From Octopus bimaculoides (taxonomy: Eukaryota), in assembly GCF_001194135.2 (NCBI RefSeq), contig NC_068982.1:122282816-122346815 (forward strand): a DNA stretch of 64,000 nucleotides, in the 5' to 3' direction. A model generated the notes under the pieces. The model was not told where the DNA came from and searched no databases. It saw only the letters and a program-made list of their open reading frames with translations. Position 1 is the stretch's first letter. Each line of letters begins with the position of its first letter. Below, one piece after another: positions 13,140 to 25,622 of this stretch. Both the position numbers and the translations under genes were made by a program.

Positions 13140-13672
13140 GTGTACAAGAAAGAAGAGTGCACTGGTATAGTCATGTGATGAGTATAGATGAGAACAGCTC
13201 TGTAAAGAAGTGCCAATCTCTAACAGTGGAGGGAACCTGTCAAAGAGGTAGACCCAGGAAGACATGGGATGAGGTGATAAAATATATTCTTCATATGTTG
13301 AGTCACATGGAGGCAATGACAAGTGACTGAGACTTTTGATGATTTACTGTGCTTGAGAAGATATGTCAAGCTAAGTGAAATTGTGGTCATGGCCAGTGCC
13401 AATGACATATAAAAGGCACTTGTGCCAGTGATATGTAAAAGGCATCAGTGCCAGTGACACGTAAAAAGCACCCATGCCAATGACATATAAAAGGCACCTG
13501 TGCTGGTGAAACATAAAAGGGTACCCATACCAGTGCTATGTAAAAGACACCCAGTACACTCTGTAAAGTGGTAGATGTTAGGAAGGGCATCCAGCTTACC
13601 AGCTCCAGTCAAACTGTCTAATTCATGCTAGCATGTAAAACAGATGTTAAATGATGATGATGATGATGATGA

Positions 13673-13675
<3 letters not shown>
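13140..13675 (+). mobile_element. RTE LINE 3' end (ORF C-terminus plus 3' UTR)
   Basis: RGRPRKTWDEV, then tandem GTGCCAGTGACAYRTAAAAGGCA units and a (GAT)n tail. Confidence 0.85.
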
Positions 13676-13714
<39 letters not shown>

Positions 13715-13948
13715 NNNNNNNNNNNNNNNNNNNNNNNNNNNNNNNNNNNNNNNNNNNNNNNNNNNNNNNNNNNNNNNNNNNNNNNNNNNNNNNNNNNNNN
13801 NNNNNNNNNNNNNNNNNNNNNNNNNNNNNNNNNNNNNNNNNNNNNNNNNNNNNNNNNNNNNNNNNNNNNNNNNNNNNNNNNNNNNNNNNNNNNNNNNNNN
13901 NNNNNNNNNNNNNNNNNNNNNNNNNNNNNNNNNNNNNNNNNNNNNNNN
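13715..13948. other. Assembly gap
   Basis: N run. Confidence 1.
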
Positions 13949-14029
13949 GAGTAATTGATTTTTTTTTTCTTAAAGGGGAAAATTACTATTTTATTTAAAA
14001 TAAAATATTAATCTTTACCAACTTAATCA

Positions 14030-14720
14030 AAAGGCAGAAAAACAGAGAGACTATCTCTTTATAGACAAAGATCAGTTGCAATGGGAGGAGTTGAATCTCA
14101 TAAGAGTGGAAAAACAAATAAAAACAAATGGGTTGTACCCTATAATGAAACTCTTTTAAGAGCATTCAAATGCCACTGCAACATTGAAAATCGCTGCCTC
14201 AATGAGGTCAATTAAGTATGTCATCAAGTACATGCTGAAAGGAAATGACCAAGCTGCTGTTCAAATAAGCAATGGTAATGAAGTTAGTCAATATCTAATG
14301 GGTAGGTATACTGGACCATCCGAAGCAATTGCTTCTATTTTAGGATTTTCCATTCATGAAAGAGCACCTGCAATAGTGAGACTGCAAGGTGCAACTTCAT
14401 CCACCAGATGAACACAGAATATTGCTCATAAATAATGAGGATGTACATGGCTGTCAATGAACAACATATGAGAACAACATTGACAAAATTCTTTTCATTG
14501 TGCATCAATGATGACTTTGCAAAAATGTTACCTAATGCTGAAGTATCCATGTATTTCACTTGGAACAGTAGTAACAAAGAATGGCTAAGAAGAAAGCAAG
14601 GCAAAAAAGTTGAAGGCCATTTGAACATTTTCAAAGAAGAAACACTTGGTCGTGTTTATGTTGTCATACCAAAGGCAGGAGAACTGTATTATTTAAGAAT
14701 TTTATTGCATGAAGCTCAAA
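14030..14720 (+). mobile_element. Helitron Rep (HUH) domain fragment
   Basis: WVVPYN..LL..FKCHCN..SIKYVIKYMLKGND, GRYTGPSEA..ILGFSIHER, TTLTKFF...YFTWN, LGRVY...GELYYLRILL. Confidence 0.92.
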
Positions 14721-14785
14721 ATAGTATTTTTTCCTTTCCCACCATTCAGTGGTCGTGACCCAACAGGTCATGGCAGATACATCTA

Positions 14786-14849
<64 letters not shown>

Positions 14850-14850
<1 letters not shown>

Positions 14851-15123
14851 TGGCACTAGCCTGCTTATGAAATTAATGTACAAATGGCTGAGCAGTCTAC
14901 AAACATGCAAACCCTTAGCCAATTCTCAGGGAAATTCAGCATGACACAGAATGTGACAAGGCTGGTTCCTTGAAATACAGGTACAACTCATTTTTACCAG
15001 CTGAGTTGACTGGAGCAATGTATAACAAAGTGTCTTGCTCAAAAGCACTACACACCACTGAGTATCAAACTCATGACCTTACAACCCTGAGCCAAATACC
15101 CTAATCACTTGGCCACACACCTT
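14850..15123 (-). mobile_element. tRNA-derived SINE (degenerate)
   Basis: Reverse complement of the family at 3772-4092. Confidence 0.75.
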
Positions 15124-15177
15124 CATGTAACATATTACGCATGTGTATGTGCATGTGTTTACATGTTTGTGTGTGTG

Positions 15178-15237
<60 letters not shown>

Positions 15238-16319
15238 AATGTCCATTAATGCAAATAATTTCATCATAGTAGATAACATTTGTTCTTTTCTTCAAATGCC
15301 ATCAAATAAATTGTGAGTATAACAATGTACACACCATTGTATTTGACAGCTTTGAAAGCATTTGAAGAAGACCAAATGTCAAAATTCCAAATTTATTTTA
15401 AATCTTATCATAAAAACACCCTAGATAAATTGTATTAGATAACATCTTATATAACAAACATAATTTCGAGTCTTTTTTTTCTTTACTTGAAATCACCTCA
15501 AGCAAGGCCCATAGGTGACTTTTAGGGTTAGAGGTAAGAGAAGAGAGGCAGAAAGTCATAAATGTTAGTTTAAGATATAAAATAAAAGATAGCGAAAAGT
15601 AATTGATAAAAGATTTAAATGAAATATGATAAGTTGGTAATAGAACTGATGAGAAAATTGGTGGCAATAAAATACCAGAAAATTGGTTGACAAAGGAGCT
15701 AATAAAATGAAATACATGAGACATAATAAAAGAACCAACAAGAATATCAAAATGAAGAAGATATCAATATCGGGCAAAATACTTTAACCACTAATATGCT
15801 GCATACAGGTTGAGGTGTTGGACTCATGTAGATTTGACTCTTGGAGCGAGTAGCATGTTGTGCCTTTGGACAAGGCACATCATTTCAAGTTGCTCAGTCT
15901 ATCATCATCATAACTTAACAACCACCTCCCATGTTGGCATGGTTTCAATGATTTGCCAGGAGCTGGTGAGCCAGAGGACTGTGAAAAAGCACTACTGTCT
16001 GCTTTGGCATGATTTATATGGCTAGGTGCCCTTCTTCATGCCAACCACTTTACAGAGTGTATACGGTTCTTTTTGCATGATTGAAAATGAGAAACAACCT
16101 AGTACTGCTGCATCTCTTTCTCTCCCTCCAGCTGTCACATCCTTGATGTTTTACTTAGTCATGTGTGGGTGGGGGTAGCTGATAGGGCGTTAGTGAAAGC
16201 TCATGACTACTCAGACACATAAAGCAATTAGTGAAAGCATGGTACAAGCTTCTAGGTCACACTTTTTTCCTAGTGATGGTTAAGCAAGATTAGTTATCCT
16301 TGAATTTAAAGAACTTAAG

Positions 16320-16810
16320 GTCATATTCTAGAGGAAAACAATGGAGAGAATTTATTCCATAATTCAGCTATTTTGTGGAGGAGAAACATTATTACACAGA
16401 ATTTGCAGCATTTTTGTGAGATACCTTGGAAGCACAAATGCAAACAGTTCAAACGGGAAACCTTGAATTGATATGGCAAGGGAAAGAAGCTCATGTGAAC
16501 ACTTTCTGTAGATAAATGACAGAAGAGGGTAAAAGAGAGGATGGAGTAATGGAAAGATCTCATAACCAACTCTACAACGTATCTGGTTCTGTATGCTATC
16601 AAGATGGATAACACTTATCTGGAGGAATCCATTATACAAAGACAGTTTAGCTAATAAAATAGTAAGTAGAGATATTCAGTAACCTTAATAATCACAAAGA
16701 GAATGCTATTCAAACCTTTACAACCTAAGATAAAATTTTTCTTGATAAAGATTTGGCTTCCACCATGAGCAGGATGAACAGCTATCTAGAATCTCTCTCA
16801 CTAATCCTAA
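16320..16810 (-). mobile_element. CR1/Jockey-like RT C-terminal fragment
   Basis: IHLDSIQNQIRCRVGYEIFPLLHPL and ..IAELWNK, typical of the post-RT region. Confidence 0.55.
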
Positions 16811-16997
16811 CAGGGTAATTCTTGGCAGTTTTTATTTTAAACCCAATATTTGTAATTGTTAGAATGTATGGTAAGTAATTGCATTGTATTCCGAACAAAG
16901 TCTTCCAGGCAAAAAATGTGACAGTTGTGTGCTTAGAATTAGTAACATCTCCCTCATGCAAAAACTATGGTCTGTAATTAATCTATAATCAGATATT

Positions 16998-17075
16998 CAA
17001 TTTAGTGCAAGTATGGTTATTTGCAATTTAGTGCAAGCATGGTTATTTACAATTTAGTGTGAACATGGTTATTTT
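16998..17075. repeat. 3 x 26-bp minisatellite (CAATTTAGTGCAAGYATGGTTATTTN)
   Basis: Three consecutive copies read directly. Confidence 0.9.
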
Positions 17076-17210
17076 ATGTGCATCAAGGTAAAAAAAACAA
17101 AAAAACTTTCACTTACCAACTCCTCACAAAAAAAATTAAAAAATTAAAGAAACAAGCTGATGATTAAAGCTGCAAGAAGAGATAAGGAAAATGGAAAATT
17201 AAATTTTTAC

Positions 17211-17327
17211 CTGATTATCTACCTTAGAATTAGCAAATTTTGGTGCATAACCAGTTTGTTCAGTATCTCTGAGTTTTGCATTTTGGGATTCTTTCGCTGC
17301 ACTTTTTGAAGGCTGTGTTAACAGTGT
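17211..17327 (-). CDS. Internal coding exon (repeat unit 1): TLLTQPSKSAAKESQNAKLRDTEQTGYAPKFANSKVDNQ
   Basis: Acceptor TTATATTTCTACTTGAAG, donor CAG|GTAAAA, 117 nt, open in phase 0. Confidence 0.8.
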
Positions 17328-17689
17328 CTTCAAGTAGAAATATAATCAGTCATAACAATATTCTATGCCATAAATACAAAATAAATAAATAAATAAACTG
17401 AAAACTTTGCTGTCTAGTCAGCTTAAATTCCTCTTCTCCACCCACTATTCCTGGGAAGGAATAGAGCTCCATAAGGTTCTCTCAGAAGCAACCATCATTA
17501 CACTATCCAGCTGGATTCCCAAGCATGATCAACTGAGACTTATGGATATTATCCAACCATCTCATTCTTGGTCTATTGCTAGGTCATTTGTTGGTTGGTT
17601 AAGTTTAAGGAATCCATCTCGCAATTCTTTCAAATAATACAAAGTTCAAGTTTCTATTTACTATCACCAAATACTCTACGGCATGGCAC

Positions 17690-18910
17690 TGATGCATTTT
17701 ATCATGTCATCAGCTTTAGAGATGGTATTTATAGCAGGACTTTAGAGTTCACTCTATCGTGTATTAAGTTTTGCTTGGAGATACTTCTCTCTTAGACAGG
17801 TTGCTTGCACTGTAGTATACAGAGTCCACACCTCCCTTGTGCATGCATAGCAGCCATCTTTTTGCGGTTGTGCAGGTGAAACACTGTGGTGATGATGAGC
17901 AGGTTATGCACTGCACAAGAGATTCAATGGATATTCTTCTGAAGCATTCCCAGTCACTAAAGGAATCACCTACGTTGTTCAGCATGATGTTTTCAGCAAT
18001 GCTGTAGGATGCCTTCTGCAGTGAAGACAATTCCAGCATCAAGATCAGATTCAGGACTGATGGCAGACTCTTCACATTGGAGAGGCTACAGACTAACACC
18101 AAGGTGGAAGAGGACTCAGTGTGCGAGTTCCTGTTTGCAGATAACTGAGCACTCAACTCCACCACAGAGGCTCAAATGTAGCAGAGCATAAATTGCTTTT
18201 CCACTGCCTGCAACAACTTTGGCCTCACAGTCAGTACTCAGGAGACAGGGGGGTCAAGCACCAACCTGCCCTGCAGAAGCAGTATGTGGAACCAACTATT
18301 ACTATCAAAGAGCAAACCCTGAAGGTTGTTGATAAGTTCATATACCTCAGCAGCACACACTCCAGATCTGTGAACATTGGCAAATGCATCACCAAGGGAA
18401 GCTCAGCATTTGGGCAGCTATGTGAATTAGTGTGAGAGAGAAGAGGCATTAGGCTGCTCACCAAGTTGAAGGTGTACCTAGTAGTTGTACTGCCTACACT
18501 ACTGTATGCGCGTGAAACTTCAAGGGTTTATGAATGCCATATCAAATATCCAAACTACTTCCACATGAACTGCCTGAGAAAGCTGTTGAAAATCAACTGG
18601 AAAGACATGGTCCCAGACACAGAGGTCTACTTTTGAGCTGATCTGCCAAGCATTTACACACAGCTGAGGAGAGCACAGGTCAGGAGGGTAGGCCACCTTG
18701 TTTGAATGCCTGATATGTGACTCTCCAAGAGCTTGTTCTACAGTGAAGTGGTAGAAGGCAAGCACATACAAGATGGACAGAAAAAGTGCTTCAAGGTTAT
18801 ACTCAAAGATTCACTGAAGAGCTTTGAGATCAACCCTGGTGTCAGGGAAATGGAAGCACACAACCATCCTGCCTGGTGCTGTACCAACAGATACAACCAG
18901 CCCTGAAGGA
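17690..18910 (+). mobile_element. RTE (BovB-like) LINE RT remnant, a different subfamily from the other RTEs
   Basis: IRFRTDGRLFTL.RLQ.NTKV, CEFLFADN, LKVVDKFIYLSS, KGSSAFGQL; many stops. Confidence 0.85.
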
Positions 18911-19214
18911 TGAATGGTAAAGTCAAACTCAGCATTATTTGAACTCAGAAGGTAAGGATAGAAGAAATGCTGGTCAGCATTTTGCCCAGCATGCTAATGA
19001 TCTTGCCAGTGTGCTGCCTTAATAATAATATTTTCTACTACAGGCACAAGTCCTGAGATTTTATGGGAGAGGGCTAATCTATTTCATTGACCCCAGTACT
19101 TGGATGAAAGGTGAAGTTCACCTCAATGGAATTTGAACTCAGACCATAATGACAAACGAAATGTCACTAAGCATTTTGCCTGGCTTGCTAATGATTCTGC
19201 CAGCTTGCTGCCTT

Positions 19215-19261
<47 letters not shown>

Positions 19262-19668
19262 NNNNNNNNNNNNNNNNNNNNNNNNNNNNNNNNNNNNNNN
19301 NNNNNNNNNNNNNNNNNNNNNNNNNNNNNNNNNNNNNNNNNNNNNNNNNNNNNNNNNNNNNNNNNNNNNNNNNNNNNNNNNNNNNNNNNNNNNNNNNNNN
19401 NNNNNNNNNNNNNNNNNNNNNNNNNNNNNNNNNNNNNNNNNNNNNNNNNNNNNNNNNNNNNNNNNNNNNNNNNNNNNNNNNNNNNNNNNNNNNNNNNNNN
19501 NNNNNNNNNNNNNNNNNNNNNNNNNNNNNNNNNNNNNNNNNNNNNNNNNNNNNNNNNNNNNNNNNNNNNNNNNNNNNNNNNNNNNNNNNNNNNNNNNNNN
19601 NNNNNNNNNNNNNNNNNNNNNNNNNNNNNNNNNNNNNNNNNNNNNNNNNNNNNNNNNNNNNNNNNNNN

Positions 19669-19737
<69 letters not shown>

Positions 19738-19744
19738 CAACAAT

Positions 19745-19785
<41 letters not shown>

Positions 19786-19833
19786 AAACAACAACAACAA
19801 CAACAACAACAATATTGATAATAATAATAATAA
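19215..19833. repeat. (AAC)n/(AAT)n compound microsatellite spanning an N-gap
   Basis: Direct read; source of the spurious poly-N/I/T/L ORFs. Confidence 0.95.
19262..19668. other. Assembly gap
   Basis: N run. Confidence 1.
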
Positions 19834-20199
19834 TGGTTTCAAATTTTGTCACAAGGGCAGCAATTTGGGGGGAGGGGATGAGTCAATTACATTGGCCCCA
19901 GTGTTCAACTGGTACTTATTATTTTATTGACCCCAAAAGGATGAAACACAAAGCTGACCTCAGTGGAATTTGAACTCAGAACGTAAAGATGAATGAAATG
20001 CTACTAAACATTTTGCCCAACATGCTAATGATTCTGTCAGTTTGCCGCCTTAATGATAATAATAATAATAATGTTTTCTTTATTAACCACTAAGGAGTCA
20101 CAAAAAAATATTGGGTACAGGACAATATGATGTGGCGTAACATAAAAGGCATGCAAAAAGTAAATACCAGTAACAATATAAAATTATGATAATGAGTAA

Positions 20200-21270
20200 T
20201 TCCCCAGAAGAGGGAGACTTCCTAGGACTACTTATGGAGACCTCACAAAACCATGGTCCCTCTGACCACTAGGGCAAGTGCCCTCTCCACAATGTCCTCC
20301 TTCAATCTACAGGCGTATGCTCAGTGTAGGCCCGTTCACTCAGACTATTCTTGCAACATTCATCCACCTTTTAACAAAATTACTGAGAGGCAGCAATTCG
20401 CTCTCTACCCTCATTTTCCTTTTCAAGTGAAACTTGAAAAAGTTGATGAGGGCTTGACCAAAGCATCTCTCTTCAGTCTTTTCAGTCTGGTCCACCACAC
20501 AACCTCTTTCACTAAGATTACTAGATAAAGAAACACTACCTGCCCTTCTCAGCCAAAGGAAAATGATGGAATGATTTTCACAATGGACTCAGCCAATAGC
20601 TAGATCTGTCTTATATGTGACAGCAGGTGTTTGACATAAACCCACAAGTCAGCAATGCTCAGGCACTGGATGAAAACATGCAGAACAGTTTCATCACTCT
20701 GCATGCGATTTGGGCAATACCGGGTGAATGCATTTCCATACCTGTAGAGTTTATCCTGAAATTGGCAATGCCTCCCCAGTAGCACTGCCAGGTCAAGGAT
20801 TTGGGGATTTTATCCCTGGCCCAAAAGTTCTCTGGAACAGACCAGCCAGTTGATTTTCATCAACACCTAGCCTCCCTGAGAACACTACTGTACTTTCCAA
20901 CCACTGTAGAACACTAGAGAGTGAACTTCCACTAATCACATTACCCAACTGACAGAGGGCTGTTAGTGCCTGATGACACTCTATGTGCAGGTATCCTGCT
21001 TTGGTCTACACTTGACCCAGGACTGAAGCTCAGTCAAAAGACATGTGGAAAATCCTGTCTGACAAACAGCATGCCCTGATGTCAACAGGATCAATGTGAA
21101 AGAAGAAGAAAAAATAAACAACTATCACGATTTGAAGTGGGAAAACATGGCTCAAAAAGATCAGTGCAAGTGTGAGGGTAGAACACCTACAAAAATCAGC
21201 ATTGATTGGAACTGCAAGAATTCTTCGCAGGGTTCTTGAAGCATGACCAGTAAACAAAAGTCACCTTAGT
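20200..21270 (-). mobile_element. L1/Tx1-like LINE ORF2 3' fragment
   Basis: YCPNRMQSDETVLHVFIQCLSIADLWVYVKHLLS resembles the C-terminal CCHC-type region of L1/Tx1 ORF2. Confidence 0.6.
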
Positions 21271-21365
21271 CTGCTGGCAGTGGACAACTGACACTTTCCA
21301 TTATACCAAGCAAAATAAGCTGTGAGTTTTCATATAATAATAATAATGATGATAATAATAATAAT

Positions 21366-21759
21366 ACTCTTTTACTCTTTTACCTGTTTCAGTCATTTGA
21401 CAGTGGCCATGCTGGAGCACCACCTTTGATCGAGCAAATCGACCCCAGGACTTATTCTCTGTAAGCCTAGTACTTATTCTATTGGACTCTTTTGCCGAAC
21501 CGCTAAGTTACATGGACATAAACACACCAGCATTGGGGGGATAAACACAGACACACAAACATATACACACATACATATACATATATATATATACATATAT
21601 ATGACGGGCTTCTTTCAGTTTCCGTCTACCAAATCCACTCACAAGGCTTTGGTCGGCCTGAGGCTATAGTAGAAGACACTTGCCCAAGGTGCCACACAGT
21701 GGGACTGAACCCGGAACCATGTAGTTTGTAAGCAAGCTACTTACTACACAGCCACTCCT
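21366..21759 (-). mobile_element. Full-length composite tRNA-derived SINE
   Basis: Head AGGAGTGGCTGTGTAGTAAGTAGC...GGGTTCAGTCCC, internal AT/GT microsatellite, (AAAAGAGT)n tail. Confidence 0.88.
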
Positions 21760-24700
21760 ATGCCTAATGATAATAATGGTTTCAAATTTTTGGCACAAGG
21801 TCAGCAATTTTCAAGGCATGGGAATAATCAATAACATTGACCTCAGTACTCAACTGGTACTTATTTTATTGGCCTTAAAAGGAAGAAAGGTAACGCTGAC
21901 CTCTACAGAAATTGAACTCAGAACATAAAGATGGATAAAATGACATTTAGTATTTTACCCGGTGTGCAAACAATTCTGCCAGGACAACAACAACAACATC
22001 AACAGCAATAATAATTCTTTCTAATTTTAGCACTAGTCCAGCTAGTTTGAGGGGAGTTGGGGGTGCAAGTTGATTACATCGAGTTCAACATTCAACTAGT
22101 AGTTACTTTATCAACCCCTGAAATGATGAAAGGTAAAATTGGCCTAGGCAGCATTTGAACTTAGAATGTAGAGAGTTGGAAGAGATGCCACTAGCTAATG
22201 AAAAGAACATTAGGAAGCAGAGAGAGAGAGAGAGAAATAGATACAAAGAGAGAGTGAAAGAGAGAGAGAGACACACACACACACACACACATACACACAC
22301 AGAAAGGTTGTTATACTGATTTTGGTACAATTGTATAAGTAGTGGTTTTGTAAAAGTGTGTCTGAATAAATACTTGAAAGTGCAAAAAAAAAAGCTATAA
22401 AACCAAACTGCTTTCAGTTCAAAACAGAAGCCTTCTTATTCTAGCTGCCAAGTAAAACTAAAGACTTGAGCCATTCTCCTCTGTCAATCTTTCTATTCTT
22501 GTGCTCCTTTCACAAATATTTACAGCATGTTGAAAATGAAAGCGGGCTTTTCTCTCCATTTTCACAGTCTATTTCAAGGAATACTGAAAGGGTGATATAG
22601 ATGAAATCAGAGAGGAAAAGATCTGATTTTTAACCCTCTCATTTTAATCCTCTGCATTCCTCCTCTTGTCAAAGCCAGAAGAAAAATATTTGTTTCATGA
22701 TCCTTATCAAAGAAATGTAGTAAGCAGTGGTCATCTTTGAAAATCAGCTAAGCTGATGTACAAACCATCAACACAATTATCATTTTCATTGTCATTTGAT
22801 GCTTGTTTGTGGTCTTCAGCCAGACATTCTGTTGCCTGAAGCAGCTTCATGGAAATACACTAGATATATAGTGGCGGCATCATTAGATCTCTACATAAGA
22901 ATCATAAGCTAAAGTCACTGTAATTTTAATGTCAACTATTTTTATAGTTGCCAGCATTGCTAAGTAAAGTTAAGAAAAATAAACAAGACAAAACAAAAAT
23001 CCTGTATTTTTGCTTTACCATTTATAAATCCGTTGGAATTTATCGAGAACAAAACACATACACTGTGTACTCTGCTTATTTCTTATGAGATATTCAGGTT
23101 ACAACAACTTCCTCGCATTCTTTTTTTTTTCTGGTGATATTTGTACCAGCTTTGCATATAGTATATTTATTAATTTTAACATTTATAACATTTTAGAACA
23201 ATGACATTTACAACAGAGAATAACAATGTCAAAGTTTATTGCGATAATATATGTTAATTGCATGGATTATTTATTCATTTGCTTTCTTTCTTTCTATTTC
23301 TGAGAATTTTTATAAAAGTAAAGGTCATGAGAGAACTGGTAAGAAGGTGAAATACTGAGCAAAACATTTTACTTGTTCTTAGATTTGATTATAAAAATTT
23401 GATAATTATATTTCATAAGCAGTATAGAACAATAATGATTTCTTTTGCCAAATCAAAAGGCTTTTTTTATTGTCGTTATTGCTTTTGTTGTTGTTGTTTT
23501 GCTCAACAACAACAACAAAAAGACAATAAAAAAGTCATGAGTAAAACAGCTAGTTTTAAATCTCTGAATGAGATCCAAGTAGTAACTATACTGCATCGTA
23601 AAATCTATTTGCCAATGTAAGGTAGCAGTCCTGCGTAGGACCATGTTACTACCTTTTAATCCCAGGACAACATCATTCCCAGCTGGTTATTGATACACGA
23701 TCTGTGTCTGAAATATACTGTGAGCAAGGATCAAATAGAACTATTATCAAAAGCACTCCAGTAATGACAATCTTGTCTTTTATCAAACAAACAACAAGAT
23801 TTTTTTTTATAATTTCAAGGGAGAAGTAAATCCATACTCACTATCTTATTGGAACTTAGTTCATCAACCTTACAAACTATAATATTGCCTCAACAGTAAC
23901 GATGATGGTGATGATGATGAAGATAACAATGGTGGTGGCAATGGTGACAGCGATGGTGACAACAAGGCTGATAATGTAGATTCTTTTATGAAATCTACAC
24001 AGATGTTCTAACAGGCTGAGTCTTTCTGGTTCCATCACACTTTTGTACATGATGACAACTACAGCTGTGCACATCATGTTACCTCAACTGCCTGATTGAT
24101 CTTCATCCTTCTCATTGAAACATACCAACCAGGTTACACATCTGAGATGAAGCAAAAATTTTCAGATTCATATCTCTTCAATTCAACTAAGAACACCATA
24201 TGAATGTTCAATTACATTAAATATATTCCAAAGAGAGAATTAAAGACTCTTATTTGCCTACTTTGGAATGGTTAGCACTGCTTTTTTTATTATTCAAACC
24301 ACTATTTTATGTTTTCTAAATAAATTACCTAATTTGTTAGTTCCTTATCTATCGATTCCTTTCAATCAACACTCATTCTGAATTCTATTCCATATTAAAT
24401 TGTCCTCTCATTGCTCTAGAAATTAAAAGCTTCAGGAATGAAACGCTTAGTCAACCAGCAAAACTTCATATCACTCAACCCTTGATCATGAGGCATCTTG
24501 AAAATCAAGAACAAAGTATAAAGTAACAGAAAGTATAACAAAAAAAAAGAAGCATTGAAATAAAAGATGACTAAGTGGAACAATCATCAAATAAATACAT
24601 AAATATATATTAGAATAGAGAGAAAAAGAGAATAACAAGATTGCTTTTTATAACACAAACAAAATTGAATTGATTGACTGAGAAACACAGCACTTAATAA

Positions 24701-24869
24701 TAACAGAAATAAAAAGTGCTTATGAATATGAGTAATAACATGACAGTTATAATACAGTCATATAATGTTTAATAAATAGAACATGTTAGTTCAAAGTTGA
24801 CGAATAGTTAAGTCCAGAAAGATTCTTCAATGCATGAAGTTAAATTATGTTTGCAATAAAGCTTTTGAG

Positions 24870-25200
24870 AGGGACCCCTGATCCCTTATCTGGTGGTCAA
24901 TATGGAAACTAGGGATAGATAAGTAGCAGGTGAGAGCTGGGAAAGCCATGTAAAGAGATGCTACCAGTAAGGTGAGGATTGGCAACAAGTACAGCAAAGA
25001 ATTCAGGATACAAGTAGGGGTTCACCAAGGATGGGTCCTATGTCCCCTCTTGTTCATCACAGTCCTCAAGGCAATAACAAAAGAATTTAAGACAGGCTGC
25101 CAATGGGAGCTCCTCTATGCTGATGACCTTGTTCTTATAGCTGAATCACTACCAGAAATAGAGAAGAAGTTCCAGGTATGGAAGCAAGATTTAGAATAAG
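24870..25200 (+). mobile_element. RTE LINE RT core fragment
   Basis: QVGVHQGWVLCPLLFITVL...ELLYADDLVLIAES. Confidence 0.92.
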
Positions 25201-25248
25201 TAGCTCATGGGTCTCCACATGCATGCTTCTATGTGTAAGAAAATGAAT

Positions 25249-25536
25249 CAGTGGTTCCCAAAGTGGGTGGTACTGCACCCCCTGGGGGAGGTGGAAAGAT
25301 CCGGAGGAGGTGGTGAAGAAAAGTGGGGTGATAATGAGGTGGCCAAAAGGGGGCAGTAGATGTAACAGCAACAAAATAATGGGTTAATTAGGTTAAGTTT
25401 AATTTGTGAAATACAGTTGTTTTGAATTTGCTTCAGAAAGTGGTCTATGTTTATGGTGGTGAGTGAAGTGGGGAGCACTAGGAACATGACCAGGGCGCCA
25501 AGGGGGTGGCAGCCTCAGAAAATATGGGAACCACTG
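25249..25536. mobile_element. Non-autonomous hAT (Charlie-type) element / MITE
   Basis: Perfect 12-bp TIRs CAGTGGTTCCCA ... TGGGAACCACTG; no clean 8-bp TSD seen. Confidence 0.75.
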
Positions 25537-25573
25537 ATTTAGAAGTCTATGTTATCAAGGTATATGCAGTTAC

Positions 25574-25622
25574 CTCTGCATTGCCAAAGACTAATTGCTG
25601 CCTTAATAATAACAAGCTGAAC
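25574..25622 (-). CDS. Candidate exon of the minus-strand gene (VQLVIIKAAISLWQCR in phase 0)
   Basis: Acceptor TTTTTCACAG, donor GAG|GTAACT, 49 nt; frame uncertain and part resembles a SINE end. Confidence 0.35.

Noticed and set aside
13380-13560. Regularly spaced repeats resembling a CRISPR array (also 57780-58150)
   Set aside because: Eukaryotic RTE 3' UTR tandem units; repeats are degenerate and there are no unique spacers or cas genes.
19139-19973. 200-270 aa ORFs of poly-N/I/T/L/V
   Set aside because: Translations of (AAC)/(AAT) microsatellites running through an N-gap.
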